A program made the translations under genes and the position numbers. The notes under the pieces were generated by a model. That model was not told the DNA's origin and ran no database searches. It saw nothing but the letters and a program-made list of their open reading frames with translations. Below, piece by piece: positions 50,296 through 64,000 of a stretch of 64,000 nt of DNA. Source of the stretch: Botryllus schlosseri (taxonomy: Eukaryota); assembly GCA_051294905.1 (NCBI GenBank), contig CM119373.1, forward strand, positions 6,944,001-7,008,000, given 5' to 3'. Numbering within the stretch: the first letter of the stretch is position 1; the number at the start of each line of letters is the position of its first letter.

Positions 50296-50634
50296 ATGAC
50301 ATGGTTTTGTCTCAGATCCACATTACTGATCAGAAGATTTGTCGCGCACATTGCGGCTGTCCAAATGGCCAATTCCAGTGTCACCATATGGCTGCAGTTC
50401 TTCTTTGGCTATGCAAAAATATAACACGCACCGATATTGAATGCCAGTGGATAAAGCCGAGAAAGCAAATTGAAAGCGCTGGTAAAAGAATTTCTCAAAT
50501 CTGGCCAAATCAAGGACAAGGTATAAGGTATAAGGATTTGGTATAAGGATTTGGCCATGACAAAAAAGGACTTCTTTTTGAAAATAGCTGGGGATCATTT
50601 AGTACTCGATAAAAATCACGAGTACTATGACCAG

Positions 50635-53093
50635 TAGGGTTGTTCAGAATTGATCGACTTTCAAAATGTCGTGGTTTTCAGTTCGATTCCCATGCCTTAT
50701 ACCATAAAAACATATTCTAGGTACTTTTTTTCGTAATTCATCCCTTGCATCCGTGTGCACATTGAGCTGGAAGAATATCGGCTAAAAATAGGGGATTCCC
50801 CTAAAATTTGAGTGTCGCTATTCGGACTAGGCTAGTAAAACGTCATATATAAGCTGGTTTTATGTAGCTATTGCGGTTGGAGTGCTACATAACCTCACTA
50901 TAGAAAGTATTGTCAGTTCAGGACACCATTTTCATGTCCCACACTGCCTTATATTTCCTCAAAACTGCCTAAGACTGATAGTCATTTTGTTGGATCACCT
51001 ATCCTACACTCCTCAACCCTACCCGAGATTGTTCATCAATTGCCGGGATCACCACGTGTAAGAATACGACTGTAAATGTATCATTCACTCACAGCCACAT
51101 TATAAACATCACATTGTTCAAAGGAAACGAAACAAAAAGGCAAAGAAACAGATCCACTTGGCACATTGCATTGCACTGGGATGCAAAGCTCACTAGAAGT
51201 CGTTTCGGAGGGAAATTCGAGGCCTTGGCAGTGCTGGCATAGTCTGCGTATTCCAACGCATTTGAGAAAGGCAAACTTCTTGGCAATCGAACTCTGGAGA
51301 GTGCTACAGGAAAAGCACAGGCTGATCTGTCATTTGAACTGCTGGAACTTTATAATTTAACAAATAATGTCAGAGCTATTGTGTTTGACACAACACCCTC
51401 AAACAATGGAAAAAATAAAGGTGCGGTTCTGTTACTTGAAGAATTGATAAACAGGAAAGTTTTCTACTTTCTATTTCTGCTTGTCGCCATCATATTTATG
51501 AACTAGTCATCCGGGGAGGTCTGGAAGTGAAGTGTGTTTGGATCTGCGACCACAGGCCCTGAAAACACAGATTTTAATACCTTCGAAGAAGTGCAAATAT
51601 ATTGATCAATTAAGAAGCTCTAAAACACTTCAGTTTGATGAATGCAGCTGGTTGGCGATCAAAGCTGATGAAGCTAAGCAAGAAATAATTCCACTGATGA
51701 AGCCATATAATGGAAAGCAGAAAGAAGTCTTGATAATAAATGACTACAGAGAATGTGCAACAGGCACCTTGGCGATTGTAGCTTCCCAATATATTGATAA
51801 TCGTTTTCGCAAGCCTGGTGCTACTAATAGCACTGGATGGATGAGTCAAGTGCTGTACTGTCAAAAATGTTCATGTGGAGAGAGCAAATGGGCTATTCTG
51901 AAGAGTTCATTAGAAAGTTGCCCTGTTTTATGTCCCAGCTTGGTTGAAAACTGGTAATGCATGTGACGCACAGTATATTGATCTCAAATTCCTTCATGGC
52001 ATGACAGACTTTTCATTGTGCGATTTCACAGTTGCTGATGTGGCATATAAATAGATGCGAGAACATCATTGGCATCTCACCGAGGAAACGGTGGTATCAA
52101 CAATGTTCTCGGCTAAACCAAAGATTCCTGACAAAGTGAAGGAAGCGATGGCTGCTAAATTGCTGCAAATGCCAATCCTTGAACAATTTCGCAGAGGTAG
52201 GCTATACCTCTGAGTCTAATCTCTGACTCCGTCTCTGAGTCAATGAGTATGGTTGCTTTAATTGAATCGGAATCATGGTTTCTCTTCAATGCTATACATG
52301 TCGAGCATGATTGGTTTAGTCTTCCAGTTTCGGAATGGCATACTGATTCGCATTTCGTGACTGCTCAAGAATTTGTGAGTAGCGTTGAAATAGTTAACGG
52401 CGCAGCAGAGCGTTTGGTGGAATTGAATACCGACTTTGATGCTTTCAAAACAGATGACAAAGAACAGCGAGCGAGCCTCTTACAAGCCGTGGAAGATAAC
52501 GAGAACAGATATGCCGATTTCTCTAAAGCAACCATTTCATCCGAACCTGATTTAAGTAGTATTTGCCAAGTTGATCTGTTTCTTTGCCTTTTTGTTTCGT
52601 TTCCTTTGAACAATGTGATGTTTATAATATGGCTGTGAGTGAATGATACATTTACAGTTGTATTCTTGCACGTGGTGATCCCGGGAATTGATGAACAATC
52701 TCGGGTAGGGTTGAGGAGTGTACGATAGGTGATCCAACAAAATGACTATCAGTCTTAGGCAGTTTTGAGGAGTTCTAAGGCAGTGTGGGACATGAAAATG
52801 GTGTCCTGACCTGACAATACTTGCTCTAGTGAGGTTATGTAGCACTCCAACCGCAATAGCTACATAAAACCAGCTTATATATGACGTTTTACTAGCCTAG
52901 TCCGAATAGCGACACTCAAATTTTAGGGGAATCCCCTATTTTTAGCCGATATTCTTCCAGCTCAATGTGCACACGGATGCAAGGGATGAATTACGAAAAA
53001 AAAGTACCTAGAATATGTTTTTATGGTATAAGACATGGGAATCGGACTGAAAACCACGACATTTTGAAAGTCGATCAATTCTGAACAACCCTA
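50635..53093 (+). mobile_element. hAT (hATm-like) element with about 530-bp TIRs and a degraded transposase core
   Basis: TAGGGTTGTTCAGAATTG ends; TSD atgaccag / atgacctg (7/8); arms 50635-51163 and 52564-53093 nearly identical; core LHWD, VFDTTPSNNG.NKGA..LLEE, ACRHHIYEL, VN.AAER.V. Confidence 0.9.
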
Positions 53094-53280
53094 ATGACCT
53101 GGTGCAGGGCGGCTTACACTTGGCAAACGCGGAGTTATGCCATTTTGTGGTTTGGACACCAACAGAACTGTTGGTCGATAGAATACCTAAGAAAAGTGAT
53201 TGGGAGAACAATTTAATTCTCTTGAGAGACTTTTATAGGAATACCTTTTTACCTCTCCTGCTATCGCTTGAACTCTGAGA

Positions 53281-55077
<1,797 letters not shown>

Positions 55078-55549
55078 GAGCGACTGTAAAATAACATAAA
55101 ATATTCTAGTAACCATCTAAAAACCCTGAAACTCGCTAGTTATACTACGATGATTCCATAAAACCTCCAACTGTACTACAAACAACCTTACTAAGACAGA
55201 AAATACGAATTGAAAACAGACCAATATCGGACATTAACACGGGCAGCGCCTATCTAAGATAGTGGTTTGGCCCCAGCGAACCACAAGTCACGTGACTTTC
55301 GAGCCCAATAGCCAGTAAAATTTCATAAAATATTTTATTTTTTCAATAAATTAATTTTTTTTGTAAAATCTGATAGCTTGACTTCTGCATGTTGAAATTG
55401 AGCCAAATCTAGCGTGCAACCTTTTTTCAAGCCAACCTAACAATTTTGTTCATGAGACAGTGAAATTTGGAAAAAAAGTTGTTTTTGAACAACACTGATG
55501 TATAGAAACTTGACCAAAATTTAGAAAAAACATTGGCAACAGTGCCAGT

Positions 55550-56419
55550 ACTAAATTATACGAAGTAGTATTATGAGTAACAGCAAGACCTGGTCTTCCT
55601 TAAAAAGAATATTTACATTCCAGTTACGGCAGTTAGAATGATACCAAATTGTAAATCGCTGCATCATCACAAAAACCAAGTCGAAAGTACGGTACTCTTG
55701 TCCTTGTCTGGCAATAGCAGTCTTCTCAGCACTATCCTTGAAACAATCAATAACTTCCTTCTGATTGGCATGGTTAAACCTAAATTTGGCTGACCGAAAT
55801 TCTTGATTATCTTTTTCGATAAATGGCACAGACAAATAGCTAACCAATGCCTGCAGTTGATGCATCTATTATTAGGCCAATTTCACTATATAAACACTTT
55901 AATAAAAATCTAATAATTGTGGGTTATCTTAAAATCATTTGCTATTGAAGCTGACTCGATTACGCTGTCTTTGGGGCACACAAAATACCGGTAGGCTATG
56001 ACATTTGATACCACCAAACAAACAAGACAACATAGATCAAATGTTATTTATATTTATCATTCCCACTAGCTTTATTAATTTCAGTCACTTTCCAGTCGTT
56101 TTCTGGCAATTCAGAAGTCGATGGAAAGACTACTCCGAATTGTTTTCTCATCCATTATAACAAATTGGCACGTTATACCCTGGCATTTTGCGCGGCTGCA
56201 AAACAACATAAACCTACCTAGTTAGTGTCTAAAAGTCCTGAAACTAGCTAATAAGTCATAGAAGATAACATAAAACCCAGAACTGTACTTCAAACAACCT
56301 CACTGAGACAGAAAATACGGTTTGAAAACATACCAATATCGCAAATTAACACAGGGAGCGGCTATCTAAGATAGTTGTTTGGCCCCAACGAACCACAAGT
56401 CACGTGACTTTCGAGCCCA
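55550..56419 (-). mobile_element. Degraded right-end fragment of a second copy of the element A family
   Basis: Second AGTCACGTGACTTTCGAGCCCA|AT end; decayed THAP exon; ORF 55551-55865 homologous to 53608-54786. Confidence 0.85.
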
Positions 56420-56421
56420 AT

Positions 56422-57600
56422 ACAGTCCATGGAATTGTCAGGGCGTCAATGAAGGATAGGAGTTACAATGTTGAGGTTCTTGTTGACGGCTGTGGGAATA
56501 TTTTAGATGCAAAATGTGCCTGTCCGAATGGGACGGAGTTTTGCAGTCATATGGTAGCAACAGCCATATACGCAAACCGCAAAGGAGTTTCAAAGACTAA
56601 TTTACCTAATTCCTGGATTTCAAAGCCCAAATCATCATTTTCTGAAATGAAACCAATTTCCCAGATATTTCCAGATACCAAACCTTTCCAAGCGATCTCA
56701 CGGCCAGTTAATTCGACCGACAAAATGTATCTGTTTGTGCGTCTGAAAGCTGCATCCAGTGATTGTCCAATGACATGGATTGTTGGGCCAGAACCGGAAC
56801 CATCTCATGATAGTGGTTTCAAACCACCACACATAGAAGACTTGATTCCAATCTACATGAACGATACCAGAGAGTTTTTGGAAAAATGTAAAGTTAATGC
56901 CGGACAAATAAAATGGTTGGAAACTGTGACTGCAGCACAACGAGAGTGTCCAATTAGGGGCAAGTTCAGGTCACTACGGTTAACGAGCAGTAATTTCGGA
57001 AGGGTGATACACAGTTATGACCGGCATTATTTAGATATTGATTCATACCCACCTTCTCTTTTCAAGACGCTGCAAGGAGAGTACAACGTTGCTAAAGATG
57101 CCATCCTGTGGGGACAGGTACATGAGAGTACAGCAATACATAGATATTCCGAAGCTACAGAAAAAGCGGTCAAAAAAATTGGGTTAGTATTATTTCCTTA
57201 TGGTTTTATGGGCAGCAGTCCTGGTGGAGTGGTTCTGACCGAAAATGGCTGTGTTGACGTTGTCGTAGAAGTAAACTGTCCATGGAGTTATAGAAATTTC
57301 ACAGTTGACGAAATGGTCAGAAAAGAACTTTCAGGAAAGTACAGCAAAAAGGGTTTTTATCTAACATCAGAATGTGAGTTATGCAGATCACACCATTACT
57401 GGCATCAGGTGCAGGCACAAAATACGCAAATAATGCACGGATTGCACATTTTGTGGTCTGGACCTGCAAGGATTTTTGGATAGTTCGAGTGGAGAAAGAC
57501 GCCAGCTGGGCAAGATCAAACATTCCCAAGTTGACAGATTTTTACGTCAATGTATTATTAAAGCGACTATTCGTGAACGACTCGGCAGATCGACATAGCA
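56422..57600 (+). pseudogene. Element B SWIM-YqaJ gene, main part
   Basis: CACPNGTEFCSH (SWIM), RLTSSNFG, WGQVHE, GSSPGG (catalytic D lost), EVNCPW, HHYWHQVQ. Confidence 0.9.
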
Positions 57601-57849
57601 GCTCAAGCACGGTCATCGTGACCAGATGACCCAGCTGCACCTTGCCTCAGTAGAGTTGTCTTAATTCATATCATAATAAACTTTTTTTTAGTTGATTTGT
57701 TGTTGGAGTTTTTCTTATTATACCTATGTCTGCAATTAAGTTTAGCAACGGAAACAACATGGGAATATTGAAACTTGGTGTTTATTACTGAAACTTAAAC
57801 CAGCAGCGAGCGAACTAAATGAGAATTGAATCAACGACGAGAAATTTGA

Positions 57850-58461
57850 AATAAAGACATATTAAAAAGCACAGTACGAGTCAAAGACACCTGCAATAGT
57901 GGGGGATTGGAAGTTAACTAATGATGCGCATACTTGGACAATTTTGTCGATGTATGGTCTCATCGGTGCGGGATACAGTGCAATATTTTATAGTTTCTCA
58001 TCCTTTCGATCCCACGTTCCACGTGTATCCTGCTTCTAGCAATTCACCGCGTGAATGCTGCCTCCTCTTTTGTGAGCTGCTTTCGGGTACTCAAGAATGA
58101 CGGCAAATTCAGGTAAATGCCACAAGGCAGGAGGTCGTATATGAGAAAGCCTTTATCAGCTAGTAGGAGATCACCAGCCTGCAATAAAATATGATGAGCT
58201 TATGATGGATCATAATATCCGTTATAAGTTATAGGCTACTTGTAAATGAGTAATGAGTCCAGATTTAGCAGTTATTTCCTTGTCCGATATGCTTCTTGGG
58301 TATCCATCCGGCACAAAAGTAATTGCACCATTTGGTGCAACTGCAATAAGATATTTCACCGTTGAAGCATGCTTGTAATTGCTGTATGTTGATGCAGCTG
58401 CATTGAGATCTTGCCTTGGGCTTTCTATTCGAATTTCTGTGCAATCAATGATCGCTCGGCA
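57850..58461 (-). pseudogene. Element B transposase, DDE part
   Basis: CRAIIDCTE, YSNYKH..TVKYLIAVAPNG, ISD, LADKGF, RSRIHVER.I. Confidence 0.88.
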
Positions 58462-58463
58462 AT

Positions 58464-61400
58464 AGACACTTACGTGACCTTTGACACGAACCAATCAGGT
58501 TGCAGCAGGATGTAAACAAAGAACAAGGCCGGGCAAGCTTACTATGAGCGCTTATGGAAAAGGGTTGAAAAATGAAGGTTTTAAGCAAAGTTACGTTGAA
58601 TTGGGAATAGCTGGCTTTGGTGAATGGTAATAACGTGGAGCTAGTATGTATTTGCAGTGTTCTAACCTACAATAAACATGAATGGTGGCAAGCACTCATC
58701 AGCATGGTATGTCCAAACGAATAGATTTCTGACAACTTTTCGGATGAAGCAACTATTGCTGTATTATCCTTAGTCCTTGGTCGTATACTATAGAATTGTC
58801 GTACCGAATAGCATGTATTAGATTAATCTTGAGTCAGGATATATGGGGTATTCATTATGTGGGCTTGGCGTTATATTTATGGAATCGTATATAGTAGTCT
58901 ACAGTCTGCATCATTATCTAGCAAATTACTGTTACACTGGACACTTGTCTGCATATTCAATGATCATATTAATATGATGTATGTTAGGCAGCATGATCCG
59001 TTCCCAGCTGAAATCTTCATTTTTTGTCCTAGCTCATGTATTGAATCAATCAGGACAAATGCCGGATAAACACTGTGCTAATAGCCTTTGTAACTCGGAG
59101 ATGGCTACCCAGACCGTTCCTGGTGTGCGCTTGTACCTTTCTCAGAGCCAATAACATGCATGGAAGAATGTAAAATCTGGATGAAGGCATGTGGACTTCC
59201 TTGTAGTCATCTAAATTCTCATTTTATTAATAAAATAACATATCTATATTATTGTACCAAAAATATTAAATTGTGACATAATTTAGTCCAATCTGAAATG
59301 CAGTCACACTTGATGCCACAATCGACTTGGTGTGTGTCTCGTTTTATTCCACTCCAGTTTTGTTGCTTGATGGTGTGTAATGGATTGAAATTGTTGAGAG
59401 ATGAATAGTTGAAATTGGTAGAGGTGAACGAGTACGCCTTGATAGGTGCTTGCACAGCAGTGTTGCTCTGTAAAATAAACATATTATATATTTTGTGCAG
59501 GCTTGATGGATATCTTTTATGAAGCTGCAGAAAGAGGAAGTCGATGGATAAAACACAAGAATATCAAATTTCTGGAAGTAGAAGCACTAAACAGGAAACT
59601 CGTCCAGGAAAATTACAAATTGACGGACAATTATTGCTGGTGAAGTTCAGTTCTCAGAGGAGCATCACAATGTCAAAAGATGAAATTTTATGCTGGACTA
59701 CATCAAATTCTTTGTGAATTGCCCGACTTATCCTACTGACGTCAAATTTATAGTATATAGTATTAAACCATTGGGTCAACCATATGTAACTGCTTCATTA
59801 AATTTCAATTTGGCCATGTAGATATGTGGTTCTTAAAAATGCATCATTTGCATTCATTCATTTCTCAAAACTAGAATGAATATTGACTGTCAATAAATCA
59901 CATACAACTCGGAAAGGATTGATGGATTGTGGTGAACTTACTTTAGTGCAGGAACTGTTCACAGGGACAATTTCAGATCAAAATATTAGTGAAATATGTG
60001 GATTCGACAAGAAATGTGAGAAAATGATGGAGTTCAGCTATGGTGAACCAGGAAATGCTATCATCAATCAATCAGGTTTATTAATATTTTCAGCGTTTCA
60101 AAACATCACAAGACTGCGATGAAATGAAAAGATAGGAAGGTGTCGAAACAACTTGGAGTAGCCAGAAAAGGGATTCACCATTGAGTCTGAAATCAAGAAA
60201 TGGAATCTAGATTTAAATATTCCTGCACATGATTTGGCACACCGTCAAATGCCTGAGCCAGACTGTTCCACAACAAGAAAGATGACGAGACAGCGTATTC
60301 ATATTGAACAGCTGATCGGAAGAATCAAGGAGTATAAAATTTTGTCTGGTGTCATACTATGCAGCATTGTGTATCAACTAACCAAATATAGACTAATTAC
60401 TTACTCTAATTCAAGATTGAAAATTATATATGAATGACGCAACATATTCGGCAATTGTGCAAATTCAGTTCCTTTGTGAATATCGTAATGCCTAATAGCA
60501 TGCTACGAATCGTAATTGCGCGGTGCCATGGTCAATGTGTACCAACAGTGCATGTCTATTCATACTATATTCCAGTGGTGTGCATTGAAGCTCATTTAGA
60601 TGCCCAATTTGTTGAATGAACAATTCTCCAGGATTATTTGTGTTTGGTGGAATGTTATAGAACTGAAGACACCAGATACACCAAAATCTACCTTGAGATA
60701 GGAGTTGGTCGGTTGCGAGTACGGTCGAGAGATTGCTTTTCAATGTAGTCCTTGTAGCTTCAGGTGCTGGATTGTCTTAATCTATGCATATGCATGAAAG
60801 CATATATCAGAACCTAATGTGAAAATAAGTCATGGTTACAATATCTATTGCAGGAGTCTCTGAAAAAATGTCTTTTTCCTACTTACCCTGTCTTAGAAGT
60901 GCAAGACGAATCAATAATGGATTTTCTGAGAACGTGTATTTCCATTGAGTGTGATATCTCACTTTTCCGCAAGTTGTGATAACATTGGCTAGAATATTGC
61001 TTCTAAAAAGAGTGGATTGTCTCCTCAATCTTTGTCCCTAAGTCGTGTACGTAGCGCTCCATGAAATACTTCGTAGCTTTCTCCGCGGTGTTAGAAGAAG
61101 ATGCTGTTCCACTCAAATCCAGAAATTCGATAAAATCTCCATAGCTTTCAAGTTTCATAATCAATACGCCAAAATTGTGATGTGGCAACAGCTGTATTTT
61201 ATAGCATATATTTCTGAACATATGATATGCTTGAAAATTTCGTTCGAGACCTGGAGCCTATGAAATCGTCAAAATATGCATTACCACAATCCTATAGTAC
61301 ATAGTATACAACAATTGTCGCTTAATCCGAAAAGTTGTCAAAAATCCATGCATTTGGACACAGCACGCTGATGCGTACCTGCCACCATTCATGTTCATCC

Positions 61401-61605
61401 TAGACTAAAAGCTGCAACTACATACTAGCTCTACGCTATTACTATTCATTAAGGCCAGTCATCCCCAATTCAACGTAATTTTGCTTAAATCTTTCATTTT
61501 TCAACCTTTTTCCATAAGAGCTCATAGTAAGCTTGCCCGGCCTTGTTCTTTGTTTACATCCTGCTGCAACCTGATTGGTTCGTGTCAAAGGTCACGTAAG
61601 TGTCT
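58464..61605. mobile_element. ISL2EU-type element C, old, with about 290-bp TIRs, inserted in the element B transposase
   Basis: AGACACTTACGTGACCTTTG.. ends, near perfect for about 85 bp; AT on both sides; decayed THAP (59090-59240), HTH and DDE (to about 60420) on +, and a SWIM-YqaJ-like remnant on - (60440-61230). Confidence 0.82.
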
Positions 61606-61607
61606 AT

Positions 61608-62400
61608 TATTGAACATTGATTTTTCTCCAAATATGGTATGGTATACATGCAGCCCACAAAAAATATTTCATGGGCTGCTTGAAGATATGTCCGAAAAAT
61701 GTTAATGGCGGTGGTACGGCTCACATGAAATCGTATTGCAACATCAAAATGAGGCATATCCAGTTTAAGCTTCATCAGGAACAGAAGCAGTTGATCCTCA
61801 CTGGAAACTTTTGTAACTCGGTCTCCAGACCAATAAGAGAAGGGCTGGAATTTATCAATTATATCCCTAATGATTATAAAATTGGTGCCCGATAGTCCTG
61901 TGTAACTGGTGATTACGGAGTCCGACAGATTTGCATATCTAAAAAGTTTTTCGGTAATTAATTGGGCAATTTCGGATGCAGTGTTGTTCAGCTTCTGGGA
62001 TATGGGTGATGGCTCCGAAGAATCGGAAACGTGATTATTTTCCTTGTGCACTTTTTTGAGAGGAAATAGCTTCCTTTTAGTACCGGTTGACGGCCCAGGC
62101 ATTCGTTGTGCTGACAGGGCTAAATTGTTGCTGGCCAGAACAGAAGTGGCACTTGTCCTCGTCGTTTGCCTGGTGTCATGCGCTTCACCCCTCAAATTGT
62201 GGCTCGGAATAGCAGTTCGTATCAATCTCATTTTCTTTGACTTAGCAAAATCCTCTAGGCTGAAGTGAAATGAGCAGACAAGTGAGGCTTCTGTTGGTAT
62301 GAAATTCTGGGCACTTCTTCAATAGTAGGTAGACATCGAGAAGTGTTCACCATGATCACCACCAATTCATGCTCTCCATGAACATATCGAAATTTATAAT
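61608..62400 (-). pseudogene. Element B transposase, THAP + HTH part
   Basis: NFIPTEASLVCSFHF...AIPSHNL; SYTGLS; EDQLLLFLMKLKLD..DVAIRFHVS. Confidence 0.85.
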
Positions 62401-64000
62401 GTTTCACGTTGTAAACAACTGTGTTCCCTATTTTGTGCTATTTTCTCCTCACCCAGATATATTACGCAACTTATACAATTAGATCTTGCCGATTGTACCT
62501 TTGGCGTGGGGTTGTGAACATTCATTCATTACATTCAGCACCCTTTAGCATCTGTTTCAAAGATACATCATTTCCAATTGCCAAGACAGGAAGTATCGAA
62601 TATTCCCTTCGCGCACGGGGTATGATGGGTTCTAGTTCAATACAAGACTGCTCCAAATATAATCGAGTGATCAAAATGAAGGCTATTGAATCAATAGGTT
62701 ACGTCAATTCACGCGAAATCATCATTACAAACGACGGAAAAACATAAGCGGGTGGAATCAATGCTGCAGGCTCGTGTCGCTAGGACATACTTTGCGATAT
62801 GTGATGCGGGAACGAACTGATGATAATCAGTATGTTGATATGAATTGATTGAATGACAAAATAGGAAGGTATTGAAACGATATTCAGTAGTCGTTGAAAC
62901 CGGGCAGTCGGACACCCCCCTTCCTATAACCAAAAGATGATGTAAAGAGGCATATAACAAATTGAGACTTGAATATGGACGTTCTTGACGACTGTCGGGA
63001 TTGCCTTCGAGGCTTTTAGCGATGTCTTTCCAAAACTTATTTCCACGGCGTATTTCAATATCGAATATATTCGACATATCGATAGAAAGTCTTGAATCGA
63101 CGGGTGAAGTCAATACACGCATTCATGGAAAAACACGAGCATATGGAAATTGGAATTATAGATAACCAACCTACCGTAGGCTAGTTATCTATAATGGAAT
63201 CGAGATTATATAGGCTTGCGTCGCTAGGATAGAGATTGACGATAATAATGTGATCGTGGACCGAACTTTCTGACAGCACGTGAAACTACGACCAACTGAG
63301 GCAAGGCGATATACCCTTCGAAGAATGATGATTTTTATCGGAATTCATTGCGAATGTCATCAGAAAATTTGGAGGCGGCGTTGGTCTCGCACTCGCCAAC
63401 CCAATAATGCATAATGATATAATCAAATTTATCCATAGTATATGTCCATAATATATTTCGGTGCTATGAAACGTAATTGGGCTACCGCTATGGTCAATTC
63501 TAATGTCTATTGCATGTTACACGATATAGTTGCGGTGAACGGGACTTTAGAATGTTAATTGCCAACCTAATAATTTTGATTTTCTCGTCGGCTAATTGAA
63601 AGTTTATAAGTATCGGGCTAGACGTTTCTGAACTACCAGTAGGTAAAACTACTCTTTCAAAATATTGTGAAGTATACACACTACAGATCATGTTGATTCC
63701 ATACACCAATTCACAATTTGCCAGGGCGCGTTGAAATTTCATGACGGTTTAGGCCTACCGCGAGAACATTCAGACTCCAATGCGATTCCGAGTGTCGTAA
63801 TTCTCTTTAAACTCTAAATTTTTTTCCGTTCGTGACAACATCAAAGAGAACGCGTTGCGTGTAAAAAAAATAGCATCTGAAAAGGTGTTCGTGTTGTTGC
63901 TTGGCGTTGTCAGATACTGTGTTGTCAAACGCTGTGTTGTCTGATATAGGCGTTCTCCACGATATCGCCCACGTAAGGGACACGAAAAACTACTAAATAA

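Larger units (their letters stand above)
49743..53278 (+). pseudogene. Element A SWIM + YqaJ (lambda-exonuclease-like) gene, internally deleted and interrupted
   Basis: Exon 49743-49919 (RRGQNALDSDH...YDIE|GT); exon from about 50319 with CGCPNGQFQCHH (SWIM); HEYYDQ|VQGGLHL..CHFVVWTP split by the hAT insertion. Confidence 0.85.

Overview
Eukaryotic, repeat-dense window from an invertebrate animal. An ascidian or other marine deuterostome is plausible from the intron-split Kir2-like gene, but the species cannot be fixed from sequence. Almost all of it is nested mobile DNA. The only host gene recognised is the first two coding exons of an inward-rectifier K+ channel (29064-29188, 29588-29734). 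From left to right the window holds: an internally deleted THAP/P-element; a Maverick/Polinton capsid + protease remnant; hAT elements and MITEs with verifiable 8-bp TSDs; several Harbinger elements; a degraded zinc-finger + tyrosine-recombinase (Crypton-like) gene; a CR1/L2 3' fragment; a near full-length L1/Tx1-clade LINE; an SF3-helicase fragment; a 10-kb two-gene P-superfamily element with atypical AG...CT ends; a Sola2 element; and a stack of ISL2EU-type (THAP-DDE + SWIM-YqaJ) elements nested at AT dinucleotides. One ISL2EU copy carries a near-perfect histone H4 fragment and a histone H1-like tail between its two convergent genes. All family assignments are motif recognition by eye, with no database search, and boundaries without a TIR/TSD are approximate.
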